Below are positions 26,359 through 39,479 of a stretch of 64,000 nt of DNA, in pieces. The translations under genes were made by a program, and so were the position numbers. This stretch comes from Callorhinchus milii (taxonomy: Eukaryota): assembly GCF_018977255.1 (NCBI RefSeq), contig NW_024704742.1, forward strand, positions 107,510,001 to 107,574,000. Reading direction: 5' to 3'. Position 1 is the first letter of the stretch. The number at the start of each line of letters is the position of its first letter. The notes beneath the pieces were generated by a model. That model ran no database searches and had not been told where the DNA came from. It saw only the letters and a program-made list of their open reading frames with translations.

Positions 26359-27069
26359 TCCATTCAAGCCAATGAAAGAATCAGCATTCAGATTTTTTAC
26401 GTTAGTGATTTCCCTGAGTGGAAGGAGTCATCGCCTCCACACATATTGCAATCTGTGCCTTAACGCCTAATCTAAAGGCTCACCTCAATAGAAACATCTT
26501 TCGCTCTAGATCCAAATAGCATGAATTGCAGGCAAAATAGAAGTATTTCTAAACACGTTTCATTCACTTGGAATAATTAAGGAATACTTTATCCACTGGA
26601 AACTATCCTTAAAGACAGGTTTAGAACTCCCCCCCTGCACCCCCCCTCCCCCCCCCCCACATCCCCACACACTTTTCAGGACAGGTCTATCTTTTCTCAC
26701 AGTCATTTTGCCATCTTTTCCTCTTTATCTAACAAGAGACGATATTTGAATTACCAACAACTAGAACAGCCTTTAAATTAAAATTTTACTTTAGAAATTA
26801 TTTTAGGTCAATATCTGGCAAGAAGCTCGAAATGCACATTTTTGCAGTTCAATTAAGACTTCCCAGTCGGAAAAGTCCAAACAGATATTTCTCAGATGCC
26901 AATATACTGCTGTGACACACAGCCTCTTGTAGATTTGTCATTCCTCTATTCACCTTTATTATTAATATTTGCATTTGAGGTAACACCTGAAACATTCACA
27001 AAGCTATTAAGTCATTGATTAGCAAAGAATAATATGTAGAATGATATAGCATAGAAACAGGCCATTCAG

Positions 27070-27420
27070 CAGACCTGTAAGTGCTGACATATTTGTAGGT
27101 GAAGACGGCAGTCAATATGTCTATAGCAATGTCCCACAAACACTAATTAATTCATGAATGACCAATTATTTGTTGGTCAATTCTTTGAGGATTGTTGGTC
27201 AGGAAAGCAGCAGAAATTTTCTTTGCTTTTCTAATAATATTGTGAACTCTACAAGGTCCATTTGAACAGGCAGACAGGACCTCAGTTTAACATCTAATCC
27301 GAAGGACAGCACCTCTGTTAATGCAGTGTTCCTCCAACATTGCACTGGTGTGTCAGGATAGATTGAATCCACAGCCTTTGGACTCAAACAGGAGAGTGCT
27401 ACCAATTGAGCCAAGCTGAA
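27070..27420 (-). mobile_element. Old Deu-domain SINE
   Basis: The reverse complement begins CAGCTTGGCTCAATTGGTAGCACTCT, followed by the Deu core GAGGTGCTGTCCTTCGGATTAGATGTTAAACTGAGG. Confidence 0.75.
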
Positions 27421-29299
27421 CTGTATCTGATACCTGGAGTGACTGAAACCAGATGAAGTAATACATAGTGGGGTTTTTTTTGATAAAGGAATTCAGTTAA
27501 AGATCCTCTTAATTCTGTACACAAAAATATATAGAGTTAAAATTCAACAGATATAATGTCAAAGTGCTAGATATCCAACTGGGAGCTACAGTTCATATTG
27601 ATTTGACTGGATTGTGGTCAGGCAGGCTGCAAGCCATTAAATTCCAGCACTCTTGGTAAAATCACTTTGGAGGAAGAAATATTGACAGTTTTGTCCTTAT
27701 TTTTCATGTCATTTTACAGGACCCTATCTTCTCAGGGGATTACTTGTGTTTGGATACCTTACATTAGGGAATCAAGTGAATCAATCAGGTAGAACCCATG
27801 ATAAGACAGATGAACTTTTCTCATTCCGTACTTCTAAAGCTCTTGAGTGCACTTTCTGCTGAGCCTGTTGAGGAGTTGGACTGATGGATTCCTTGGAAAT
27901 TTCCACAGGCTGAGCCACAGCATCCTACAATTCAAATCAATGGACACAGGAACCAGTTTGAGGGATATTAAAAACAGGGGGAAAATTCTCAATGTGTTAC
28001 TTGTAAAAAGTACCTTTTGACTGATCAATTCCTGTTGCCTACAGCGCTGTTCATGTTCCCATCCCCTTTATTTCACCATCACTGGGTGATATTTCAATAG
28101 CTTTTGTACTCCATCTCTAAGACTCTGTTCCAAAATCCTTCTGACTCAATTCCTCCAAAATTCATTCAAAGACCCTTGTCTTAATCTGTACTGTCAAAGT
28201 ACCTATATCCCACCTCCCACCCAGCTTGAGCTCCCACTCTGACTTTGAAAGGCATTTTGAGATGTTCTTTTACATGAAAAGTAGTATATATAATATATAT
28301 ATTGTTGTATTTGTTCATTCAATGTTTATTACTTTGACAAGTCTTGAAGATGTTTTTGATTTAATATCAAAACTACTTTAGTCAAAAGCAAAGTTGGCCC
28401 ACATGGTTAACTTGCCCCATAGTCCCATTTTGAGAGAGACAACCTTGACTCTAAATGGATTGAAAGTCAGTGGTTCCCATATACCACCAGAAATGCCTGA
28501 TCAAAAAAAAATCTATCAGATTCAAAGAATTGTGCACCACATAAAAGACCATTCACCTCACCATGTCTGTGCTGGTGTTTTTCTATACATGCGCTATCTA
28601 ATCTAACTCAACTCTCCTGCTCATTCCTCGCATCAATTATTGTTTCTCCTATTTAAGAATTTATCTGATTTCCCTTTAAAAGAATCTATGGACTCTGCTA
28701 TATCTGTTATTTATGGCAGAGAATTCCACATTCTCACGATCCTCCGCGCAAATACTTATCAATCTGTTAGAAAAGTAACATATTGGCCTGATTCAGCTTT
28801 ATGATGATGCAGATAAAGTTAGTAAGTCAAGAAAAAATAATAGAAATAGTTCACTATGAGGAGAAAACATGGGAAGAGAAAACAACTCGTCATAGCTTCC
28901 ATTCCTGTAACTAATATCCTCTTAGAAACATAGGAATTTTTTGCACAGAAGGGGTTCTTTTGGATTATTTATCCTGCGCATGGTGAGCATTCTGTCAGAT
29001 GATCAGCCAGCTAGTTAATTCATTATTAATGAGGTTAATCAGTTTCAAATGATAATATTTACATCAACAAATAATGCACCAAAGACATGTATCAGGTATC
29101 AGTGGATTTGCTACCACTAGCAGGTTGCTAAATCTGATGGGTTCTAGTAATTTATTCATGTGCATTTTAAACTCTTCTTTCTCTTCCCACCCCCCTCCAT
29201 TAGTGATACCTACTGACTGCTTTTGATCACATTTTGCATTGAGTGATAACTATTACCAGTAATAATATCATATGCTACAATTCTACCCTTTATGACTTG

Positions 29300-30836
29300 C
29301 ACCATGCTGATTCCTCTCTTCTATCCCACCTCTTTATTATAACTCCTCAAACAACTTCTCATGTTGCCCTGCACTGTCAGTGGTGAGGTCCTGCAGGGTT
29401 CTATAATTGGTCCTCTTTCTCATCTATGTGTTCCTTCTTGGTGACCTGATCCACTGGCATAGGGTCAATTTTCACAAGTATATTAATGACACCCAACACT
29501 GCCCCAACTCCACCCTTGACTCGAGGACTATGGTGTTTTGATGTTTTGACTGACAGACATCAATTTCTTGATGAGCCTTAACTTTGTTCAACCGAACATA
29601 AGCAAAGATGAAACCATTTGCGTGGCTCCAACTCTATTAACTTTCTTGGTTGTTCACTTTATGTTATAGAGCCATTATGTAATCTCAGTGTTTTGGTTGA
29701 CTCTCAGCTCTCTTTCAACTCTATATCCAGTTCTTGACAAGGACCATTTTTTTTCCAACAGCCCTCTCCCTAGCATCAGCACCTCTATTTTTGCCTCATT
29801 CCCAGTACAACTGAAACCTTTATTCCCACCGTTTCCACCTCCAACAAGGGGCATGAATTGAGGAATCAGTTTCAAATGATAATATTTCAAACACTCTCCA
29901 TTACCAGCTTTCGTTGCTTGACCCTATGCAAACTCCAGCTCATCCAGAACTTTCAAAGCAAAATTCTCTCCAGCACCAGATTTCACAAACGCATCACTCA
30001 CCCCCATCTTTGCCAGGCTTTACTGATCGACTGCCTGGTAGACATCAATTCCTGGACTCCATCTTCTAGATCCAAATTCTAATCATCAAAACCTTCCATT
30101 CTTATTTCTAGTCATTTTTTTCCAAATAGTTACTGTGCTTTTCCACCGATTTTCCTTTCACTTCTACATTTCCTTTTATATTCTTCCTTTTCAATTTATT
30201 CAATTCTCGTTTAAATATTATAGTATCAGCTTTGATCTCAAAGCAAAGAAATCTATGTTGTATTAACCTTTTGGTGAAGATATTTCTTTTAATCTCATCT
30301 CATACTTATACCTTCCAATGGTATTCCTAAATTTATCCCTTCAAGTTGTTATGGAGCTTCTTTGATCCTTCTTGTTACATAACCAGAATTGTTTTGTTGT
30401 ATAAATTATGCTACTGTATCTTTTTTTCTTATGTCTCAATGTGGGGATGGAATATTCTTAATCTTTTTGATAGTGTCAGCATTAAGTTGTTTTCAAATCC
30501 CTTCATGCCCTGACATCTCCCTAACTCTCCAACCTGCTTACTCCCCAACCCCATTACCTGCTGCCTCCACTCGACTGCCTCTGGCCTCCTGTCTGTCCCT
30601 TGTGCCCTTCATTCCACCATTCGCTATGCCCTGAATCTCTGAAATACTCTTCTTCTATCCCTTCGCCTTGCCCCTTCATTCCCATCTTCAGACCATGCCT
30701 GAAGACCTTCCTCTTTGACCCTGCCTATGGTCACTTCCCACCTCCGCCTTGCTTGGTGTTGTGCTGTGCCACTGTCAAGCGCTCTGGGACGCTACCCTGT
30801 GTGGAGCGTGCTATACAAATGCAAGTGGTTGTTGTT
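29300..30836 (+). mobile_element. Highly degenerate L2 LINE (second family) with an internal AT-rich interruption
   Basis: Remnants of QGS.IGP and FHKY.NDTQ, KLQLIQN and LKTFLFD. Terminus GGGACGCTACCCTGTGTGGAGCGTGCTATACAAATGCAAG(TTG)n. Confidence 0.65.
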
Positions 30837-32759
30837 AAGTCAGATATGGCAAACACATTATGTAGAGCAACGTACTCTCTCTCCTCTCCATGAAAGTATT
30901 GTATTCCAAATCACATGCAACGGGACATCTTTACGGCTTGTCTAGGTGAGATGGCCCAATCAATGTTGATTTATTGGCTAATATATGCTGTAGACTACAC
31001 TACGGTCAAGACTATCAAAATTCATTCATTTAGGGCCATTAGAACTGCCATAGAGTGGATACATTCAGTCTTTAATCTCATATCAATTTGCTCCTGAGTT
31101 TGGGAGTTAGAGGAGCAATTTAACCTACCTTGTCAGCAGGTCTCACCATATATTTTCAATAGATTATTGTTTTCCATATTACGGATAATGATCTATGAGG
31201 ATCAGGTCCTAAGGTTAAAATAATGTTTTGTTAATTGTGAATGATGCTCTTCCCTTTAATAATATTCAATCTTTTTTTCCCCTGAACACAGAACCAACAA
31301 GCGGTTGCATTTCTGCTGCTGACTATCTATGGACTGTCCCCTCCAAATACAGTCTGAGTGCTTCCTCGTCCTAAACAGACAAATGATCCACGTATCAGTG
31401 CTGGTATGATCAGTCAGAATCATTGTATTGCTCAGAAACACGGGTTGAAAAGTTACTATTGGTCCCAGGGGTTACAATTTCAAATGAAGCAGCACCAAAC
31501 AAATTGAGGCTATGATTCGTGGATGGATAAATCAAGCACAGCACAGTGTAATAAAGATCTGGCAGCTGCTGCATTAGAATGCATTATCTCCAGAAGCATT
31601 AGAAGCCAAAGGAACTCCAGGAGATATTTGGGGAAAAAAGTGCTAACAGTTTAGTCTAGCAATATGTATTAACATTTCTCAGAACTGAGTGATTAATTGA
31701 CAGAATTGGGTAGGTCTTGTTAGGCTTCGTATCGTGATTTAAAGCAGTCTTTTAACAAATGGGTTTAAATTGGTAACTTTGGGGTTTAAGAAAGATCATT
31801 GTGCATATTACTAATTATGCTCTCAGGCTTGATCTTTGTTCTCCTATTTGGGAGCTATTTGGGGGCAAGGCTCTCGGGAGGCCTTACCAATCTGCACAGT
31901 TGTGGCAGTCAATGATATGCTTGGTTAGTTCACATCTGTTAACATTTCAGCAAGCCTTCTAACTACATAAATATGTACAACAGCATCAATGAAGTGATAA
32001 AGTGTGGAGAAATGATACACAATTGGCTAATGGACAGTCTGTGATGTTTCGTTTTAGCCTAGACACACAACAAGCTCTGGTGCTCTGTCTTGGAGCAGGA
32101 GGATCAACTTAATAATTTAACATTTCATAATGCTTATATTTGGATTAGTGCCTTAGCATGTCGGAAAGTCATCTCAAAGTGTTACACAGAAATTACTGTG
32201 AAATGGAGTGTTGTGTTTTGTAGACCAATGCGGCAGCACAATTCGGCACAGCAATGTCAAACAAACAGCCATGGAATAAGTGACTAATTTTTATTTGGGG
32301 GATTGTTGACCAAGACAACAGGAGAAACTCCCTTCTCTTTTCGAATATCACCATGGTATCTTTAACATCCACCCGAACAGGCAGATGAGAACACAAATGT
32401 AAACAATCAGAACTTGCCAGGAATCAAATAAAGCAAAATAAATGGATAATATAATAAAGATAATAATTACTTTGTTGCTCATGAAATTAAAATTTAAAAT
32501 TTTATGTGTATGCTAATACAATTATTATACACACACCAACTATTCGAAGTGTATTGACTGTATGAATGAATTTAAGACTTTCCCTGAGGGAAATATTAAT
32601 CAACTATATGCTAAGAATTGGAATTCAACTAATGTTCCAAATTGTACTATAATTAATTGGAAAAAAAACATTGATTCATATTTGCACCTTGTTGCCATTA
32701 AAATATTTACATTGATTTTGTTAAAGAGAAGTGGTATAAATATTTCATTGGGGGTATGC

Positions 32760-33150
32760 TTAGGTGTGAGCCTGGCTCAGTCAGTAGCACACTCACTGAA
32801 TCAGAAGGTTGTCTATCCAAGCCCAATATTGGGACTTTGAACTCATAGTCTAGGCCGACTTCCAGTTGGTGATGCGCTGCATTGATGAAGGTGTCATCTT
32901 TCAGGTAAGACGTTAAACCGAGCTCCTGTTTGTCTGTTCAGGTAAATGCTGATGATCCCATGGCACTATTCAAATTGAGAAAGGCGTTTCTCCTGTTTTC
33001 CTGGCTAACAATCCTCCAAATCGAATTGCTCATTCTATTCTTGGCTGTGGACAAATTGGTATTTGTCTACAAAGTTTACAGTAAATCCTGTGAAGTGTTT
33101 TGTGATATTCTGACAATATGATGAAGTGTTGTGTTAAATGCAAGCATTGT
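32760..33150 (+). mobile_element. Old Deu-domain SINE
   Basis: TGGCTCAGTCAGTAGCAC head and Deu core GACGTTAAACCGAG..GTTCAGGT..GATCCCATGGCACTATTC. Confidence 0.75.
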
Positions 33151-34679
33151 TACCATTATCTTCCTTTGAATATATAATAACATAATATAATGGGAACATC
33201 TTGTGAACTCTCAAAAAGTACTGTTCTAAATAAATAATAGCTGGCAAGAACATGTTGAAATATATTCATGGTTCATGTAACACTCACGGCATTTGCTCTA
33301 CACATTCCATCTTGGGACTGATTTAGCTCCATTTTTCAGAAAGAAGAACTGTTTTCTGAAAAGGTCCATCATCCATTAAGTTCACAACATCATAGGTTTG
33401 CATTTTTCTGTTTCTGTGGAAAGTGCAAATCTCTGCCAGGCCCTGGAGCAGTGATAAACACCCACTTTGTAACCATCAATAAAATAAGAGCAAGCTTCAC
33501 TGCTTCATTTAGCCTGGGTATGTAATCACTTTGACTTACTTGAGCAATAACCAAGTCACTCATTGACCTTTTCAGGTAAATAATACTAATACTCTTAAAG
33601 TATTGAGATGCTACCCTGCGTGGAGGGCGCAATATAAGTGCAAGTTGTTGTTGTTGTCACAATAGAAAATATTGGACACTGTGATGAGACAATTCATAGG
33701 TAGTTACAATGCAGTGCAGAATCCATTGACGTTTTCACAGGGCTCAGCTTTGTGTAGCAAGTCTGAATGTAATAGCAATGCAATAAAGTTTTAAATAACA
33801 GGCATGTTACAAATGTCTACGGCTAAGCAGTATTCTCTTCTCCAGGCAGTACCATCTGTCACCCATTATATTTTGCACCAATTGATTTACCATGGAGTCC
33901 CTGGTTCTAAGAAGATGGAAATGGGCTTTTTGAAAAGTCCATTCCAGACCCAGGGAAATGTCAACTAACAACTGGGTTCCTACTTACTGCTAGGTAAACA
34001 ACAACAACAACGATTACATTTGTATAGTGCCTTTCACGTCAGGAGGACGTCCCAAGGCTTGTGGAGTAAAGAAACTTGCCTAACAATTCGCCCTGCCCGG
34101 GAATTGAATCTCTCTTTTTATCTCTTTCTCTGTCTCTCCTTCTCTCCATCTGACAGGTTTTGCAATGGAAATATTGATTGTTTGGAGGGCGAATCTGAAA
34201 AGCTCAGATTCTAAGAGAGCCACACAAGTTCTAAGTGTAGCTCATGTGATAGCGTGTTACAGAAATGCAGAGCAGGCTTTGTTCATATTGCCCACCTTCA
34301 TGCTCACATTAACTCCATTCTCTCCTTGTTGCTAAGGTCGCATTGTGCTGAACACATTGTTGATATAAACATATACAGTTTATTGAAATACAAGACAATT
34401 GAATGATCTCTTGGCTAAAGGCTGAGACACATATCACACTGCAAACCAGTCAGTTACACCAGGCTGGGTACACGATCCTCATCCATGTATATAATTAGGC
34501 GTGTTTCTTTGTACACATTAAGCAAATGAATCGACATTAAGTAGATACTGTTGTTTCAATTCATACACTGTATCACATGTTACTGCCATACTCATTACAC
34601 AGGAGCCACATCACGCTGTTCAGCTCTCGTGTCCTATGAGATGAAACCAATCAGCGCATCACTGCATCTCTCATACTGT

Positions 34680-35003
34680 AATAATAATCCTTGTGTTTTA
34701 TATTGCGCCTTTTCACATAATAGGAATTTCTCAAAACGTTTCATGGGAGTTAGTGACTGTGTATTGTAGCCAAATGCAGCAGCCAATTTGCACATCTCAT
34801 GTGTCGAACATGAGATGTTTATCGCCCACCTGAACAGGCAGCCGAGACCTCGGTTTAATTGAAGGATGTCACCTCAGACAATGCAGCACATCCCCAGCAT
34901 TGCATTAGAGCGTCAATCGAGACTGTGAATTGAAAGTCCCAACATGGGGCTTGAACTCACAACCTCTGTCTCAGAGGCATGAGTGGTACCAACTGAGCCA
35001 GCT
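34680..35003 (-). mobile_element. Old Deu-domain SINE
   Basis: Reverse complement: GGCTCAGTTGGTACCACTC head, GTTCAAGCCCCA B-box, Deu core and SINE tail. Confidence 0.7.
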
Positions 35004-35106
35004 ACTAAAGAAACAACAACAAGATTACATTTGTTTAGAGCCTTTCACATCGGGAGGACGTCCCAAGGTGCTGGACAGTGTACAGCATTTCAAACCCTTA
35101 AAGCAG

Positions 35107-35148
<42 letters not shown>

Positions 35149-36556
35149 AAGGTGAGAATTCACAGGTCAAAATATGGAGCTGCTGAATTTAAAATCTCTC
35201 CAAAACATACTAGCAAAAACAAAAAATGCTGAGAAAGCACAGTAGATAAACAACAACTGAAACATTAAAAAAAAGGTCACTCAATCCACGATTGTGGGAC
35301 ACTGCTGTGCATAATTGGCTGCTGCCTTTCACCCACGAAATACACAATCCCTACACTTTACAATATATTTTTTGAACGCTTCAACGACATAATACAGCAA
35401 TGTATAATGCAAGTATTATTATTGTTATAAAAAGGTTCACATTTAGAGTATAACGTCATTTCCAACCGTTGCAGGTTTTTCATACTTTCAGCATTCAGTC
35501 TTCCCAAATTGTGCAAGTCGTGGCTTACTTCATACAAAGTGTTGCCTGAACCCAATGGCCCCTGATTCATTGGGCAGTCTGTTAGTCAGACTTTACCAGC
35601 AGACCAAGTTCGTGGAATAGCCACTGTGTCTCATTGGTAATTAGAGCCCCTTCATGCTACTGTCCAAAGCAAGGAAGTGCCATGTTCCTACTATCTACTG
35701 TGGAAATACATAAGCAAATTGCTTGTGTGTCTCAGGGACCAAACATTTATCTGGAATTTGTTTCCTGTGGACCTTAACGATCTGAAATATTACATCTCTG
35801 CAACTTTAGCATCTGGATTCCATCTAGTGCAGTGCAATAACACAGGGTTTAAAAACAACAGATATAATTTTGTGCCAGAATCTCCTAGGGTGGTTGCCAA
35901 ATTAATGACCTTGCTTCTGGAGTCGTCAGCATTGTGACTTGGAGCAAAATATAATTAGAGGAAAAAAGCTGCTGTGCTATTTTGTGATTGTTCTCATGAG
36001 TCTTAACCCTTAGCCACTGTCACCAAGGCAACCGATAAAGCGCTTGAATTACCCCACATCGATCTTAAATATAGGCACCTCCAACAACAAAGTAAGTGCT
36101 CCCTCCTCGTTGCAGTGAGGTTCCGAGGTAGTGCTGCATTGCTTGAGGTACCATCTTTTGCATGAGACATTAGACATAGATCTTCCCTGTCCCAATGACT
36201 CAGTTGCAGAGTCAAGATTGCACAGGGAGTTCTTTCAATGCTATTCCCTCTTTCAAATTGCAAATTCCGCCAAATACAAAGTGTATTCATCCTATTCTCA
36301 TCATCCTAGTCCTGTTTGTGGGACGCTGGTGCCCCATTTGCCTATGTAAAAAAAAGTCAGTACTCTTCATGTGAAACACTTTGGAGCATTTTGATAGTAG
36401 CTATATCAAGTGCAAGTATTATTTTAAAAAACAGAAAACGGGCTCAGTCAATCTTATTACATGTTCGTGGTAGTCTTTAATGGGTCGATCACGTGCAGTC
36501 TGTAGTGTACTGAATAACCCACGGGCTTCGCAAGCGAGACTACCCTGATTCAATTC

Positions 36557-37033
36557 ATAGAGTCATAGAATAGATTCATAGAAGGCACAGAAGGAGGCCA
36601 TTCGGCCCATTGAGTCTGTGCCGGCTCTTTGACAGAGCTAGTCACTTTCACTAACCCCAAATACCAGTTTTCTCCCCATAACCCTGCAAACCCGTCTTTC
36701 CCAGATACCTATCCAGTTCTCTCTTAAAAGCTGTTATTGAATCGGACTTCACTGCCCTTTCAGGCAGATCATTCCAAATTCGAACAACTCGCTGAGTGAA
36801 AACATTTCTTCTAACCTCCCCTCTGCTTCTTTTCGTAGATATCTTAAGACTGTGACCACGGGTCACAGACACACCTACCAGCGGAAACAGCTTTTCCCTA
36901 TCTAGCCTGTCGAAACCTTTCATGGTCTTGAAGACCTCTATCAGGTCCCCGCGTAACCTTCTCTGCTCTAATGGGAAAAGTCCTAACTTTTCTCCAGCCT
37001 GTCCTCAAAGCTAAGGTTCCCCATTCCTGGTAT
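36557..37033 (-). mobile_element. CR1 LINE 3' fragment inserted into a tRNA/CORE SINE
   Basis: ORF 36651-36923 (REKLFPLVG..TRGHSLKI..FTQRVVRIWNDLP..FKRELDRYL). SINE halves lie at ~36497-36556 and 37034-37155, with AATTC on both sides. Confidence 0.88.
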
Positions 37034-37464
37034 AATTCCCGGGCAGGCGAAACCTTAGGCAAGTTTCCTTATTCCACAAGCCTCTGTTCACCTAGCAGTA
37101 AGTAGTAATCCAGTTGTTAGTCGATTGGCGGATTGCTTTCTGGGTGTAATAATAAGAGCCAATAGAAAATACTTGCCAAACAATTGAGGAACATTTTGCA
37201 GAAAATTTTGGGAGTTGGTGCTATTGAGGTACATTTTACTGCCAACCTACATTTTTTCACTTAATTGATAAAAAGTAAACATGAATAAATAATACATAGT
37301 AAATTGTTTCAAAAAAAAATATTAATGCTTTCATGAACAAAAATTGGGTGGCCCACTCAGGGTGGTGGGTGGGGGAGTGAACACTAGCACAGGTCTGAAG
37401 GACCCGGAGATCTGCCAAAAAACAGCATTGCTCGCCAAGCTCACCAAGGTCACCACCTCCTGCC

Positions 37465-37688
37465 ACAGACTCAGAGACCCAGAGAGAGAGACACACTCAC
37501 AGACAGAGAGAGAGGCACACATACACACACTCATAGACACATTCTCACAGACCAACAGAGAGAGAGACACACACACTCACAGACACTTTTAAACATAGAG
37601 AAACACACACACGCACATACAGAGAGAGGAGAGAGAGGCACACAGACATGCTCACGCAGAGACACTCACAAACACATACACACACAGA
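37465..37688. repeat. Mixed (CA)/(GA) low-complexity microsatellite
   Basis: Alternating ACAC and AGAG runs. Confidence 0.85.
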
Positions 37689-38008
37689 ATAATAATAATA
37701 ATAATCCTTGCATTTGATATAGCGCTTTTCACGTCAGGAGGACGTCCCAAAGAGCTTCGCAGAACACACCGTAAAGTGAATTGACTATATATTTGTGGGC
37801 GAATGCGGCAGCCAATTGCGCACAGCAATGTCCCACAAACAGTCATAGATTGAAAATGACCAATTTAATTATTGTTTTTGGTTTTTGAAGGGATTATTAT
37901 TAGACGTGTGGAGTAAGGAAACTTGCCCAAGGTTTCGCCCTGCCTGGAATTGAACTCAGGTCTCTCGCTTGCAAAGCGAGTGCTCTAACCACTGAGCTAC
38001 AGGATTCC
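37689..38008 (-). mobile_element. Young full-length tRNA/CORE SINE (short subfamily)
   Basis: Near-identical to 13117-13432. Confidence 0.92.
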
Positions 38009-39067
38009 AAAGACACACACGTAGAGGGGCCTCAGGGTTAGTGAAGCCTGTTTCCTGCTCGAGTCACAAAATACACAGTCAATTCACTTTACAATATATT
38101 CTGAGAAGTGTTTTGAGACATCTCAAAGATGTGATAAGGCGCTATAGCAAATGCAAGGATTATTATTATAAATGTTCTAATTTAGCACTTGCAGGAAGCC
38201 TAGCTTTCTGCCCTGATTCTAGGACTGGACAGTGTAATTCTGAAGGCACATGAAAAGTGGGTATATTTAGTTTTTAATCAAGAAATAAAGTAAAACAAGA
38301 AACTGAAAATTAGATAAGAAACAACATAAAATCAAAACTAATGATGCAAAACATCAAAGGAGGGAAAGATGGGAAGAGCGAGAATAAAATATTAAAACAG
38401 TTTATGTTTTATTAATTCATGATTTTTTATTTGCTTTTATCTGTCGGACAAATAACACTGCCCCTTCTATCTCACCAGCATCATTATTGTAATGTTTGGT
38501 CATTTTTCGATATCCCAGTGTTTGAACAAAAAATAATTATTTTTAACAAAAGTCTTGCTCATAGAGGAAGCTTAATTCCCTGGAGCTATCTGTCAGTCTC
38601 AGAATTCATGCCCTCTATCTCTTCAACAACAACAACAAATTACATTTGTCTAGCATCTTTCAAGTCAGGAGGACTTCCCAAAGCGCTGGACAGTCAGGGA
38701 TCCACACCCAAAGCACAAAAGCTCTGATAATCATTCAGTGTTTACTTTCTTAGAACCAGCTATTAAAGAAACAGAACAGACGATAATTGTTGTAGATTAA
38801 GATAATAAAACTGCAAATTGTTACTTGTTACAAATTATCGTCCCTGCGCCAGGACTTTGAACTCACAGTCAAAGCTGACGCTCCAATCCAGTACTGGGGG
38901 GGTGTTGCATTGTTGGAGTTGTGGCGCTCGGGTAAGACGTTAAACCAAGGAGCTGTCCGCCTGTTGCACAGTAAAATCCTGTGAAATACTTTGAGATGTC
39001 TCAACAACATAATAATAAACTAAAATAAACATAATAAAGCGCTTTATCAAATGTACAGTTTACTTGT

Positions 39068-39385
39068 GGAGTCCTGTAGCTCAGTGGTTAGAGCACTCGC
39101 TTTGCAAGCGAGAGACCTGAGTTCAATTCCAGGCAGGGCGAAACCTTGGGCAAGTTTCCTTACTCCACAAGCCTAATAATAATCCCTCCAAAACCCCCCA
39201 AAAATAATAAATTGGTCATTTTCAATCTACGACTGTTTGTGGGACATTGCTGTGCGCAATTGGCTGGCGCGTTCGCCCACAAATATACAATCAATTCACT
39301 TTACAGTGTCTTCTGTGAAGCGCTTTGGGACGTCCTCCCGACGTGAAAAGCGCTGTATCAAATGCAAGGATTATTATTATTATAT
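39068..39385 (+). mobile_element. Young full-length tRNA/CORE SINE (short subfamily)
   Basis: GGAGTCCTGTAGCTCAGTGGTTAGAGCACTCGCTTTGCAAGCGAG head, CORE, GGGACGTCCTCCCGACGTG stem-loop and TTA tail. Confidence 0.93.
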
Positions 39386-39479
39386 TACTATATTTTTATT
39401 TATAATTTTAGAAGCTGATCTTCCACAGGTCTTAGATAACAATTCCAAATTAAATTGAATTTAATTCCACAACTCTCCA

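Noticed and set aside
35358..35585. Minus-strand ORF or short exon MNQGPLGSGNTLYE
   Set aside because: No homology recognised, and the ORF runs into a SINE tail.
39068..39140. Functional tRNA-Ala gene
   Set aside because: It lacks a proper acceptor stem, continues into the SINE body and occurs in multiple dispersed copies.
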